Part shown: positions 12,138 through 24,115 of the stretch, one piece after another
Position numbering within the stretch: position 1 is the stretch's first letter
Layout of the letters: every line of letters begins with the position of its first letter
Source of the DNA: Eledone cirrhosa
Taxonomy: Eukaryota
Assembly (NCBI GenBank): GCA_964016885.1
Contig: OZ024741.1
Location: forward strand, 399,528,001-399,592,000
Length of the DNA stretch: 64,000 bases
Direction: 5' to 3'
The notes under the pieces: model-generated
What the model was told of the DNA's origin: nothing
What the model saw: only the letters and a program-made list of their open reading frames with translations
Database searches by the model: none
Position numbers and translations under genes: made by a program

Positions 12138-15100
12138 ATGACCTCACTCAGAATAGGCAGCATAAATGCGCGTGGCTTGGGGTCGTCATGGCAGCAGGGC
12201 CACCTGCTCAACGACCTCAGGTCACTAAACATAGATGTAGTGGCCATCAGCGAGACCAGAATCTCCGAAGCACAGGCTTTCGCACCGATCTTCGGCGGCT
12301 ACGATGTGTACGCATCTCCCAGCCGTCCGGGATCGGGGGGAGGAGTTGCTGTGCTTTTTCGGAGAGGTTTGGATCTTGCCATACGGGCCATCTTCCTGGA
12401 CCCAGAAGGTAAGTTGGTGATGCTGGACGTGACCAGCGGAGTCGGGCAAGCTTTCAGGTTAGTGGCCGTCTATGCCCCGACAGGAGCAGGGCGGCCTGAT
12501 TTCTTCCGGCGTCTGGAGACCTTTCTTGGAACGTCCCGCTCTTTAGTGTTAGTGGGCGACTGGAACGGGATCTTAGATGCACGCTGGGATTGTGTGGGAT
12601 TAGTGGATAGGGAAGGAGAGTGCAAGAGTCTCACCAACCTGCTCAGACGTTTTGAACTGTCTGGCAGGTACCGAATGGATTTCCCGAATGTACCAATGTG
12701 GACTTGGACAAATCGCATAGGGTCATCCAGATCATATCTAGATAGAGTATTTTGTAGGGAAATAGATAGGTCTAGCATAGGCTGTCCACAATTCAAGATA
12801 GTCAGCTACACGGACCACAAATTCGTGATCTGTGTGCTTGACTTAGATAGGCTTCATAGGCGAGGACCCGGCTACTGGAAGCTAAACGCGTCCTTACCAG
12901 CGCGCAAGGCCTACAGAGACCGGATTAGCGAACTAGTTAAGCGGGCGTTGACGGGGGCCATCGTCAACAACAAGTGGTGGTTTGCTCTGAAAAGAGCAAT
13001 TAGAATAGAGTCCATTAGGTTTAGTAAGACTTTAGCAATAGAGAAAAATAGAGCAGAGGGAGAACTAGTTAGAAAATTAGATGAGGCGCTTAGCAAAGGC
13101 ATCGCGACCGACGTACTTGTGGCGAAATTGGCCCTTGACCAATTCTTCAATGCAAAGCACGAAGGCTGCGTTGTCAGAGCTAGGGTGCGTGCTCTCAGAC
13201 ACGAGGGGACGAAAGCCGTTCAATGGGCCCGAGTGGCGGAGGCGCGTCGTGGCAACAAAGCCACGATCTGGTCTTTGGTGGACCACGACGGGCGCATGCT
13301 ACTCGATCCCAGGCAAATGTGTGAAGCTTTTCAGCGACACTTCGCTCAACTGTTCGGGGGCAGTGGCGGGCCGGATCGAGGGATGGACTTTAGTGTCTAC
13401 CTCGACGGACTGCCGCGGCTTTCGGCCACTGAGGCGGAGTGTTGCGAAAAGCCGATAACAACCGCTGAAGTACGGGATGCAATGACTAGTTGCACAAGGG
13501 GTAAATCGCCTGGTTTGGATGGTCTGCCCTATGAACTTTACGTACAAATGCCAAACTTGTTCGGAGGCCTCTTGGCGGACGTCTACTGCAACTGGCAACA
13601 GAACGGGAGAATTCCCAGCTCTGTGAGCCGAGGAGCGGTGGCGCTGCTGAGAAAGGATCCGAACAAGGGGGATAACATAGATAATTTTAGGCCCATAACT
13701 CTGCTAAACACAGAGTTCAAGATTTTGGCCAAGGTGCTAGCAAAGAGGTTGGCGCTTGTCGTTGGTGGTCTGGTGGGAGAGGCACAGACATGCGCCATTC
13801 CCGACAGATCTATCCACGACAACCTCCACCTCATGCGATACATCGTAGAGAGGGTAGCTAGGGAACCTGGCAAGGGTGGGTCTTTGATCAATTTAGATCA
13901 ATCGAAAGCCTTCGATAGGGTCGACCATCGTTACCTAGCGGCAGTCCTGAGGACGGCTGGCTTTGGGTCCGTTTTCAGAGGCTGGATCGCTGCCATGCAC
14001 AGCGACATCTGCTCTGTAGTGAGAGTGAACGGTCACCTTTCGGAACCGTTCAACATCATGCGCTCGGTCCGCCAAGGATGTCCCCTCTCGTCCCTATTGT
14101 ACGTATTGACTCTCGAGCCATTACTGCACAAACTGGAGACGTTGAGGGGGGTCCCGCGCGAACTAGGATGCGGAAGATCCGTGTCAGCATATGCGGACGA
14201 TGTCACCGTAGTGGTGTCGAACGCCAAACACATCGAGGCGATCGGCACTACACTAAGAGAATACGAAGCGGTGACAGGAGCAATGATCAACCAGGAAAAG
14301 TCAGTGGGCCTGCAGCTCGACACCTGGAGAGGCAGGTCCATGCCGTCCAACAGCGTCGTCGGGCGCTGGACGGACGGACCGGTTAAATTGCTAGGGGTCT
14401 GGTTCGGTCCAGACCTCCAGACGGACAAAAACTGGGACGAGGTGACGAGCTGGGTGGCTTCTCTCACCCAGAAATGGGCCGAGAGGAAGCTATCCCTGAA
14501 AGGTCGAGCGGAGGTGGCGAATGCGTACATCGCATCCGTCATCTACTACCGCCTGACCGTCGTACCTTGTCCTAAGCCCCGCCTGACTGCGCTAGAGCGT
14601 TTGCTGTTTCGCTTCTTGTGGAAGGGACGCGCTCCGATGGTCAGGCGGTCCATCTGCTGTCAACACCCACTACGTGGAGGGCTGGGCATGCCGTGGCTGA
14701 TGATGCGCAGACACGCGCTCAGGCTACGACATCTCCACCTCTTCCTCGACGGTGATCAGGTGTGGTCGCCGTTTGCTAGACACGTTTTTCCCCAGCTCGT
14801 CTCCTTGACGGAGCTGCAGTCCTGGGGCAAGCGAAGACCGAGAGGGAGCGCTTGGAGACTGGAATGTCTTCAGGCGCTCACAGCCCTCGACCAATCGGGC
14901 AATGTGATCGGTGGAAACTCCACCTTGGCGTTCTATAGGGGATTAGTGGAGGGGAAGAGCGACGACGTACTTGGAGAAACTCTAGGCGTCGACGAAAATC
15001 AACTAGCCAATCTCTTCGGAAGGACTTTCGGGCCGGGGCCTATGGACAACTTCCAGAAATCCCTGGCCTGGCAGTGCTACCGAGGAGCTTTGCCAGTTCG

Positions 15101-15557
15101 GGATAAACTCTACAGGCATGGAGGTGCCGTCAGCCGGGCATGTCCGAGATGCGCGCAGGGCGACGAAACCGTCCTGCACGCACTCGTCCAGTGTCCGAGC
15201 ATTGCTGACTTGTGGGTTTATGTCGAACACCTGCTGTCACGTGTAGGACGGATCCAGCTATCAGCTGAGTCCATCGTGAGGATTGCCCCTCCCCCTTCCT
15301 TTAGCCTGGAAGGGCAGGCAGTTTTTATCTGTCTGGTGGCCATGGCGAAAGAGATAGTATGGTGGACACGTTTGAAAGGGCTGAAGACGAGCACTTACCT
15401 CTTCGGTGATGCCCTGATTAACTTTTTCAAATTTCATTTGAAAAGGAAAATCAGGGTAAAGAGGGAAGTGCTCTCTTCCCAGCATTTTGTTGAAAGATGG
15501 GTGAGAGAAGCAAGTATGGCCCGAATGAATGGGCCTTCTCTGAGTATGTGTCTGTAA
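12138..15557 (+). CDS. Tx1/L1 ORF2: AP endonuclease, reverse transcriptase and CCHC domain, 1139 aa, uninterrupted
   Basis: SINARGL, SET, VYAP, GDWN, YLDR, TDH (APE); WKLN, KSPGLDGLP, NFRPITLLN, DQSKAFDRV, QGCPLS, YADD (RT); CPRC..ETVLHALVQC. Confidence 0.95.
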   Translation: MTSLRIGSINARGLGSSWQQGHLLNDLRSLNIDVVAISETRISEAQAFAPIFGGYDVYASPSRPGSGGGVAVLFRRGLDLAIRAIFLDPEGKLVMLDVTSGVGQAFRLVAVYAPTGAGRPDFFRRLETFLGTSRSLVLVGDWNGILDARWDCVGLVDREGECKSLTNLLRRFELSGRYRMDFPNVPMWTWTNRIGSSRSYLDRVFCREIDRSSIGCPQFKIVSYTDHKFVICVLDLDRLHRRGPGYWKLNASLPARKAYRDRISELVKRALTGAIVNNKWWFALKRAIRIESIRFSKTLAIEKNRAEGELVRKLDEALSKGIATDVLVAKLALDQFFNAKHEGCVVRARVRALRHEGTKAVQWARVAEARRGNKATIWSLVDHDGRMLLDPRQMCEAFQRHFAQLFGGSGGPDRGMDFSVYLDGLPRLSATEAECCEKPITTAEVRDAMTSCTRGKSPGLDGLPYELYVQMPNLFGGLLADVYCNWQQNGRIPSSVSRGAVALLRKDPNKGDNIDNFRPITLLNTEFKILAKVLAKRLALVVGGLVGEAQTCAIPDRSIHDNLHLMRYIVERVAREPGKGGSLINLDQSKAFDRVDHRYLAAVLRTAGFGSVFRGWIAAMHSDICSVVRVNGHLSEPFNIMRSVRQGCPLSSLLYVLTLEPLLHKLETLRGVPRELGCGRSVSAYADDVTVVVSNAKHIEAIGTTLREYEAVTGAMINQEKSVGLQLDTWRGRSMPSNSVVGRWTDGPVKLLGVWFGPDLQTDKNWDEVTSWVASLTQKWAERKLSLKGRAEVANAYIASVIYYRLTVVPCPKPRLTALERLLFRFLWKGRAPMVRRSICCQHPLRGGLGMPWLMMRRHALRLRHLHLFLDGDQVWSPFARHVFPQLVSLTELQSWGKRRPRGSAWRLECLQALTALDQSGNVIGGNSTLAFYRGLVEGKSDDVLGETLGVDENQLANLFGRTFGPGPMDNFQKSLAWQCYRGALPVRDKLYRHGGAVSRACPRCAQGDETVLHALVQCPSIADLWVYVEHLLSRVGRIQLSAESIVRIAPPPSFSLEGQAVFICLVAMAKEIVWWTRLKGLKTSTYLFGDALINFFKFHLKRKIRVKREVLSSQHFVERWVREASMARMNGPSLSMCL

Positions 15558-15799
15558 ATTAAAGGTGGAAAACTGGGAGAGGGCACTTGCCCTGGTGGTC
15601 AGGGCCACTGTGGTCTTTTAATGGGCTTTCTCCACAAATGTCCCTTGGAAGTCTCCCCCCTATTGGGGAATTTTTCTTTGTTATTTTATTTCAACCTCTG
15701 TTTTTTTACACGCAGAAATGCCCATTTCTACCGTCCTGTATTGTCCTGTACTGTCCTTAATGTCTACTTTATGTGAACCCTTGTGGTTAATAAAGAAAA

Positions 15800-15836
<37 letters not shown>

Positions 15837-15845
15837 GTTATTATT

Positions 15846-18800
15846 CCTTGAATCTCAGTCATTGATGTTGGTTAATGGAAAGTCCGTTGGAATGAATATC
15901 AAGCCACTACCTGCAGCCTCAGATATTCAAGACGTATCGGAGGGTTCTTGCTGTTCCCAGCAAGCATGCCTTTTGAAGCGTTCCAAAAAGCGTGAAGGGG
16001 CCGATTTTCTTTAACCATCCCTGGAAACTTGTGGAGATAGTCCCCAGTGCGCCTATGACAATTGGGATCACTTTGACTTCATGGCATTTCCAAATCCTTT
16101 TTACCTCCCACTTTAAGTCCTGGTATCGGTTAACTTTCTCCCTCTCCTTCTCTTGCTCTCTCGTGTCGAATGGGCAGGCCACATCCACAATCAGACACGA
16201 TCTTTTTTCTTTGTCCACAACCACCAGGTCAGGTCTATTGTGTTCCAGTTTCTTGTCTGTCTGTATCCTAAAATCCCACAGCACCTTCACCTGATCGTTT
16301 TCTAACACCGACTCTGGCCTATGCTCATACCATTTCTCAGAATGTGGTAAATTGGTAAATTGTTTACTTTGCACAGGTGCCAGTGGATCACCCTGCCCAT
16401 CACATCATGTCTCCAGCCCTTATAGTGGGTCTGGGCTAGGTGTTTACACTCGGATACAATGTGAGCCACAGTCTCCTCTCTCTCTCCACAGATCCTGCAC
16501 AGTGGGCTAGCCTCCTCCTTGTAAATATGGTGTTTCAACCACTTCGTTTTGAGGGCCTGCTCCTGCGCAGCCATTAACATTCCTTCTGTAGCCTTTTTGA
16601 GGTCTCCTCTTTTCAACCAGTTCCATGTCTGTGGATCTCTAAATTCAGTTTTCTCAAAGAAGGTACTATGAAGGGATTTTCCCTGAAGGCTGCTCTTTCT
16701 CCTTGATGTTATTTCCTCCTTGGACATCCCCTGGCTTATTGTCCCCTCCTTCAGTACAGTTCTGAGTATTGGCTCCTTACTATCAGTCACGTATTTGTAT
16801 AGGTTGTTTTTATCCATCTGAACACAGTCCTCTATGCTGATAAGACCTCTTCCACCCTCATATCTCCTTAGGTAGAGTCTATCGACATCACTCCTCTTGT
16901 GGAACATGTTGTAGATAGTCAATAGCTTCCTAGTCTTCCTATCCATTTCTTTTTGTTCAGCAACATTCCATCTCAGAATTCCCATACTGTACCTAATAAT
17001 AGACACAGCTCGGGAATTTACTGCGCTTATGGCATTTCTGCTGTTCAGATGTGACTTCAATACGCTCCTTATTCTCCTAATGTATTCAGTTCTTAACAAT
17101 TCCTTCATTTTTTTGTTCTTTATGCCATCAGCCTCCAGAACGCCCAAATACTTGTATCCTTCCTCAGAGTCAATTTCCTTTATCATCCCACCTGTTGGTA
17201 TCTGGATTCCGTTACTTCTGCTCAACCTACCCCTCCTCGTCACAATGACTCCACACTTACTAATACCAAACTACATACATATATCACTGCTGAAAATACG
17301 GACAGTATCAACAAGCACATCCAACTCCTTCTCACTCTTCCCGAAGAGCTTAAGATCGTCCATGAAGAGGAGGTGACTGATGGTAAGCTCTCCCTTTCCC
17401 AACTTGTAACCTGCTCTCACTTTTCGCAGCATAATGGTCAAGGGCATCAGGGCAAGGACAAACAACAGAGGGGACAGTCTATCTCACTGGAAGATACCTC
17501 TCTTGATCTTCACGCTTCCCAAGGATTCTCCAGTTGATGTCAACTCTGTCTCCCAGGACCCCATACTCCTGCCCAGCAACTGTCTGATGTTATCTGCCAC
17601 CTTGAAGATCTCCAGGCTTTTGGTGATCCAAGAATGAGGCACCATGTCAAATGCCTTTCTGTAGTCTATCCATCCCATGGCAAGATCAGTGTGTCTCCTC
17701 CTGCAATTCCCCATTACCATCTTATCAATAAGTAACTGGTCCTTTGTACCACGTGACTTCTTTCGGCATCCTTTCTGTTCGTCCGGTAACAAGTTGTTTG
17801 TGTGGAGGTGATGGTAGATTTCCTCAGACACAATGCTCGTCAACAGTTTCCACATTACGGTCAGACATGTGATAGGTCTATAGTTGGTAACATCATTACC
17901 CTTGATTCGGTCTTTCATTATCAGAACTGTGGTACCTATTGTCAACCACTCTGGCACCTCACCCGACACCAAGCAGTCATTGAACATGGCTGTCAGTTTC
18001 GGGTGGAGGGATGTTAAATTTTTAATCCAATACCCCTGCACACCATCTGGGCCTGGTGATTTCCAGTTGGTTAGTTTTTTGGCCTGCCCCTTAAGAGTTT
18101 CAACTGTGATACTCAAATCAGTTTGTTGGTGTGCCTGCTCAGCGATCTCCCTCTGTACTGTCTCAATCCACCCTGCCTGGTCATTATGTCTAACATCCTG
18201 CTCCCATATTCCTCTCCAGAATGTTTTAGTTTGTTCCGCCTCAGGGATCAAGTCGTTGCTTCTTTCTTTCCCCTCAAGCTGTCCAAACAGCATCTTCTGG
18301 TTGTTGTCGAACATGCGGTTCTGTTTATACTGACTGACTCTGTACTCGTATCGCCTGATTTTTGCACTCTTTGCTACAATGCGTTGCTTCAGTTCCTCTA
18401 TGATAATATTTAGCTTTTTCCTCCTAGTTTAGTACTTTATTTCCAGTCTATTTTTAGTGCCTATGTTTTTTAGTGTCCCATTCAGTAGTGACTCAAGCTT
18501 TCCTATGTCATTTCTCATTTCCTTGATTTGACCACTCAGTCGTTTCTTCCACCAAGGCTCTGCTCTTTCTTGTCTGTTGTTTCCTCTCGCTTTTATACCA
18601 AGTAGTTTCCTCACCGTATTTGCTGTTGCTTTGAGGATATTGTTGCACTGGTGAAGGCTCCTCGCCTCAAGGTATGGTATGACTTTGTTTACCTTAGCTG
18701 TTGTTTCTTTTAACTTTTTCCTGTCTACAAATCTTAGGTTCATAGGTCTCCCACTATCATTGTTCAATTCATCTACCACTAAATTTGGGATGTCAACCGA

Positions 18801-20501
18801 ATCTTGTCCTAGCCCGTCAGCATTCATCTCCTCAGTGGCCGTATCTCTGTTCCAGGTATTATTTATCTCAGTATTCAGATCATTGTCTGCTTCGGGTGGT
18901 TCCTCCGTTCTCTCGACATCTTCACCTTCATTTCCCACTGGCTCGTTTGTCTGGCATACTACACCCTCCATCTCCAAGCTATTCTCTCTGCTCAGTTCCT
19001 CCAGTTCCAGCTCGCTTATCCAACCATTAGTTCTTATTACCCGAGCCTGCCCGGCCAATTTTTGTTCATCTAATTTAAATAGACCAATCTCGTTCCAGAT
19101 GTTATGCATCCGTCTCCTATAGCCCCTCTCCTTGGGGTTACTTTTCAGGTAACATTGCATAACAGTTCTATTCAATTCTTTCGTCCAGTTGGTTCTGGCC
19201 CCTTTCCTTCTTCTTCTTCCTCCAACACCAGCAGTATTTGGTTGACAGTCAGGTTCCTGCTACTGAGCCAGGGAGCACCTGTTGGGTGAGAGTCTCTCAC
19301 ATGACGTTCTAGTCTCCATTTCACCGTTATTCGAACTGTTTAGGTTCGATATTTAAACACTCTTATCGAGGATTGGCGAATGTATGGTTACATAGCCATC
19401 TGTGGATTCACCGTCTCCGGTGGTTGCGCCGCTCCACTTGGCTCTTGTGTGGCATTATCACCACGCTGTAGACGAACACAAATAAACAAACAAACACACA
19501 GGCAGAAAAAATCCCAAAAATGGATAAGCATAAGTTTCATTGTAATGTAGTGTTCGAATGTCTGACTTAGTTTTTCCCTTCTCTTCTCTGTCCGTCCGCT
19601 TGTTTCTCTCTTCATTCTTATTTTCTTTACGTTTTTTTTTGTTTTGTTTTTTGTTTTTGTTTTTCTCTGTTTGTTTTTCTCGTTTTTTGCTGTTGTTGCT
19701 GTGCTGCTTTGGTTTTGATGTTTGTTTTTTCTTTTTTCTTTTGAGTCTATCTATATATTTTGATGCCTTCCTCTTTTTTAGTAGGAATTCTATAATGTGG
19801 TGGCAGCAACTAGCAGGAAGCAATGGGAGATAATAGCGGCGGTAGCGATACTGAGACAGTGGTGGTGGTGATGTCGATACCGAGGCAGTGGTGGTGGTGA
19901 TGTGGTCGTATTACTGTAGTGATGGTGTTGTAGCGGTGGTAGCAATGAAGGAGTAGTGGCGGCGGTGATGGGATAGTGGTAGTAATGATGGCAGTAGTGA
20001 TGGTGTTGTAGCGGTGGTAGCAATGATGGACTGACGTCCGTTCGGTGAATCTATGGGGTTAGTCGCGTATATGTGTTGACCTAAATTCCCTTAATGTTGG
20101 GATTAAACATTTTGTTAAGACTTGGGATAATAATAATAGTATTTATTATTATGTTGAGATTGGTTGTGGTGGTGGTGAAATTGCCGTTTTCTGGCTGTTG
20201 TGTTTAGTGTACACAGAGAGGTGATGGGGTAGGTGGTGTATCTAGTTTCTGGTGTTGGTGAGATTGGTGTTGTTTGGCTGTTCTATATAGTGTAGACAGA
20301 GGAGGGGGGGGTTCTTCTTCCATTTATAGCCATTTTCTTTTTTGAATATACAATGTACAATACAAAGTTGAATATTTGAATATTTGAGCCTTATAACAAT
20401 ATATTTTGGGTCCGAATTTTTGGGGGGCTCAAGCCGGATGCTTTACGTAGCATTTGTACTAAGAGTTGTTATTTCACAAATGATTTAAATATGTTAAAAA
20501 T

Positions 20502-20503
<2 letters not shown>
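15846..20503 (-). mobile_element. R4/Dong-type RLE LINE family B, near full length with long low-complexity 5' leader
   Basis: Broken ORF from ATG near 19319 to stop 15919 (KSPGPDGV, NYRPITCL, DYRKAFD, FMDDLKL, CRIC..H..C, RPDL..DVAC); (TTA)n flanks. Whether 19470-20503 belongs to the element is inferred from the flanks. Confidence 0.88.
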
Positions 20504-20542
<39 letters not shown>

Positions 20543-20553
20543 GTTATTGTTAT

Positions 20554-21662
20554 TCCTTGAATCTCAGTCATTGATGTTGGTTAACTGGAAAGTCCGTTGG
20601 ATTGAATATCAAGCCACTACCTGCAGCCTCAGATATTCAGGACGTATCGGAGGGTTCTTGCCGTTCCAAGCAAGCATGCCTTTTGAAGCGTTCCAAAAAG
20701 CGTGAAGGGGCCGATTTTCTTTAACCATCCCTGGAAACCTTTGGAGATAGTCCCCAGTGCGCCTATGACAATCGGGATCACTTTGACTTCATGGCAGTTC
20801 CAAATCCTTTTCACCTCCCACTTTAGGTCCTGGTATCGGTTAATTTTCTCCCTCTCCTTCTCTTGCACTCTCGTGTCGAACGGGCAGGCCACATCCACAA
20901 TCAGTCACGATCTTTTTTCTTTGTCCACAACCACCAGGTCAGGTCTATTGTGTTCCAGTTTTTTGTCCGTCTGTATCCTAAAATCCCACAGCACCTTCAC
21001 CTGACTGTTCTCCATCACCGCCTCTGGCCTATGCTCATACCATTTCTCAGAATGTGGTAGATTGTTTACTTTGCACAGGTGCCAGTGGATCACCCTGCCC
21101 ATCACATCGTGTCTCCAGCCCTTATAGTGGGTCTGGGCTAGGTGTTTACACTCGGACACAATGTGAGCCACAGTCTCCTCTCTCTCTCCACAGATCCTGC
21201 ACAGTGGGCTAGCCTCCTCCTTGTAGATATGGTGCTTCAACCACTTCGTTTTGAGGGCCTGCTCCTGCGCAGCCATTAGCATTCCTTCTGTAGCCTTTTT
21301 GAGGTCTCCTCTTCTCAACCAGTTCCATGTCTGTGGATCTCTAAATTCAGTTTTCTCAAAGAAGGTACTATGAAGGGATTTTCCCTTAAGGCTGCTCTTC
21401 CTCCTTGATGTTATTTCCTCCTTGGATATCCCCTGGCCTACTGTCCCCTCCTTCAGTACAGCTCTGAGCATTGGCTCCTTACTATAGGTCACGTATTTGT
21501 ATAGGTTGTTTTTCTCCATCTGAACACAGTCCTCTATGCTGATAAGACCTCTTCCACCCTCAGATCTCCTTAGGTAGAGTCTATCGACATCACTCCTCTT
21601 GTGGAACATGTTGTAGATAGTCAATAGCTTCCTAGTCTTCCTATCCATTTCTTTTTGTTCAG

Positions 21663-21663
<1 letters not shown>
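20554..21663 (-). mobile_element. R4/Dong-type LINE family B, 5'-truncated copy
   Basis: Near-identical to 15846-16960; ORFs 20905-21648 and 20629-20898; (TTA)n flanks. Confidence 0.92.
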
Positions 21664-21723
<60 letters not shown>

Positions 21724-21889
21724 ACCTTTTGTATACTATTTCCTCGACGAAGGGCAAATGCCCGATACGTTGACTATGTAACTCTTTCTGCAAGTGTGAA
21801 ACTAATAAACTTTATGTTATTGCATCTTCTTGTTCGTTTCGTTGGCTGTTGAGCGGTTTGGTGACACTTATAATGATATAGATATATAG

Positions 21890-21986
<97 letters not shown>

Positions 21987-21988
<2 letters not shown>

Positions 21989-22027
21989 TTTTGATAAGTC
22001 CCAATAAGGACGAAACGTTCGTAAATC
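21987..22027 (+). ncRNA. Degenerate minimal type I hammerhead (Penelope-like remnant)
   Basis: gatt-TTGATAA-gtcc caataa ggac-GAAAC gttc GTA-aatc; stems intact but the CUGAUGA box is mutated. Confidence 0.6.
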
Positions 22028-22431
22028 AATATTTAATGTAAAAAACATATTTGGTAATTACTTTAATAAATAATTTGCTTCAGGCGTGTTTATTATTTTT
22101 AACACAATAGGATTTTGTACATCTGCTTGCTTGAAAAATCTTTCAAAGAAGTATGAAACAGTCTTTTGTATTGTTTATTATAATATTTTGAGCTGTTTTA
22201 ACTTCTCCACCAACCTCTTTCCAATTTATTATATTGTTTTTGTAAAAAATGATATTTTTTCATATATATATACATATATATATATATATTAGGTATAGGA
22301 TTATCCAAGATGTAGTGATGGTTAATTACTACACTGGATATGGTTGACATACGGTAAGAGGTTACTCTACGAGTTATGGAAGAATTGTTCAAGAAACTTA
22401 GTTCCTGATCCTTCAGTATTCCGGAGTGTAT

Positions 22432-23168
22432 ATAAAGAATGAATAATAACAGGTAGACATCATAAAAAGGTAGTTTATTCCGTGTGCTTACAAGTGTTTC
22501 CACGGTGTTTAACACTCGAACCCGTAACTACAACACCACTTTCTAGCTAACAACCTTCTCTTCCCCCCACACTACAAGACAATACACTGCTTATCACTAT
22601 ACATGGTAACTCAGTACAACTCCTAGAATACTACTACAAAACCAAAAGTTCACTCACCACACATATTTATCTGTCCCCTCTCTACCTATATATCTCTCTC
22701 TACATCCATTACACTCTCTCTCTCTCTCACCATTGACCTACCTCCCTCTCAACATTTATGAACCTGCCCTCTGGGGCAATAAATAATTCCGACCTCAACT
22801 ATCTACGCATCTCTCCAAAAGTAACTAATAAAACCCCTACCATAACATTTTGATTAAGATATCTACAAGCCACTCTCTCCTACTTCTCCAACCCCTGCAT
22901 ATCTTTCCTTCTCTCTCCTTCTTCCCTACTTTTCTCTCTTCCTGTTCCACTCTATCTTCCCCAACAACCTCACTTAAGGGTTTTTACATTGTATATTTAC
23001 CATTCTGCTCTGAGGAAACAGTGGTCACAGCATTGGATATTCGAGTTCTGCAAATACTTGTGAATTTGCACGTAGCGGAACTAGGCTGCAGCACCACCGT
23101 GGAAACACTTGTAAGCACACGGAATAAACTACCTTTTTATGATGTCTATCTGTTATTATTCATTCCTT
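22432..23168 (+). mobile_element. Penelope-like 3' end with HHR and short upstream inverted copy
   Basis: 22432-22506 is the reverse complement of about 23095-23168; HHR motif at 23006-23117. Confidence 0.6.
23006..23117 (+). ncRNA. Type I hammerhead with extended stem II
   Basis: tgct-CTGAGGA-[about 85 nt hairpin acagtggt..accaccgt]-GAAAC actt GTA-agca. Confidence 0.6.
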
Positions 23169-23196
23169 ATATATATATATATATATATGTGTGTAA

Positions 23197-23405
23197 AGAC
23201 CCCCTTCGGTCACGAATGATCATGAGATTTGCACCTAGAAGGTTCCCTTCTGAGGCACAAGTCCGGGAAAGGTTGTTTGTGGAAGACCAGCAGGTACCCA
23301 TGCATACCAGTCTCCCCTCTCCACGCCACCAATGTTATCCAAAGGAAAGGCAATGGCTGATATAGCTTGGCACCAGTGACGTCGAAACTCATTTCTACAG
23401 CTGAG
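23197..23405 (-). mobile_element. SINE family B, 3' part
   Basis: Matches 58925-59135 of the full copy. Confidence 0.75.
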
Positions 23406-23439
23406 GAGACGACAAATGTTTATAAAATTACAACCTACA

Positions 23440-24040
23440 TTTTCAGTTTATGTGAACTCTTTCGGCCTCCACCCACTTTCCTGTCACCACAGTGCCAGCC
23501 GCCTTCCACGCTATGCTGCCCTCAACGAGGTCATAAAGCATGGATTGGACGCTGCAGGCTTCCCTTCCCAGCTCGAGCCGGTGGTCTGACCGAGGGGACG
23601 GCAAAAGGCCAGATGGCATGACCATCTTTCCGTTCCGTGGTGGCAAAACCCTCGTCTTGGATGCCACTTGCAGCGACACTTTCTCCAGCCGCAACCTGGT
23701 GCAGTCTGCGACTGACCCAGATTCTGCTGCACATCGGGCTGAGGAGGCCAAACTCTTCAAATACCGGTCGCTCTCCGATAGGTTTGCGGTCGTACCCTTG
23801 GCAGTGGAGACTTCTGGTGTCCTCGGCCCTAGGGCTACCTCCCTTCTCACCACCATAGGCGCTGAGCTGGCCAACCGCAGGTGTGAGCCTCGCGAACTGG
23901 AATGGCTTCCCCAGCGCGTCTACCTTGCCGTCTTCCGGGGAAACGCTTTCTCCATTCTGTCCGCCGGGGCTGTGGGGAGGCCACCAATATGATTGACTGA
24001 CTTGTCATTTTATCAGTCAGATGTTCTAATGATTCTCTCT
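23440..24040 (+). mobile_element. CRE-like RLE LINE 3' fragment
   Basis: ORF 23540-23992: RGDGKRPDG..DATCSDT..AEEAKLFKY..PLAVETSG..QRVYLAVFRGN. Confidence 0.8.
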
Positions 24041-24073
24041 ATATAAATATACGTTCATATATATATATATATA

Positions 24074-24109
<36 letters not shown>

Positions 24110-24115
<6 letters not shown>

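Larger units (their letters stand above)
9924..15800 (+). mobile_element. Tx1/L1-clade LINE, apparently full length
   Basis: 5' UTR, gag-like ORF1, APE-RT ORF2, 3' UTR with AATAAA near 15789; (TTA)n on both sides. Confidence 0.92.

Noticed and set aside
12225-15608. Antisense and alternate-frame ORFs within the LINEs
   Set aside because: Shadows of GC-rich coding sequence with no recognisable motifs
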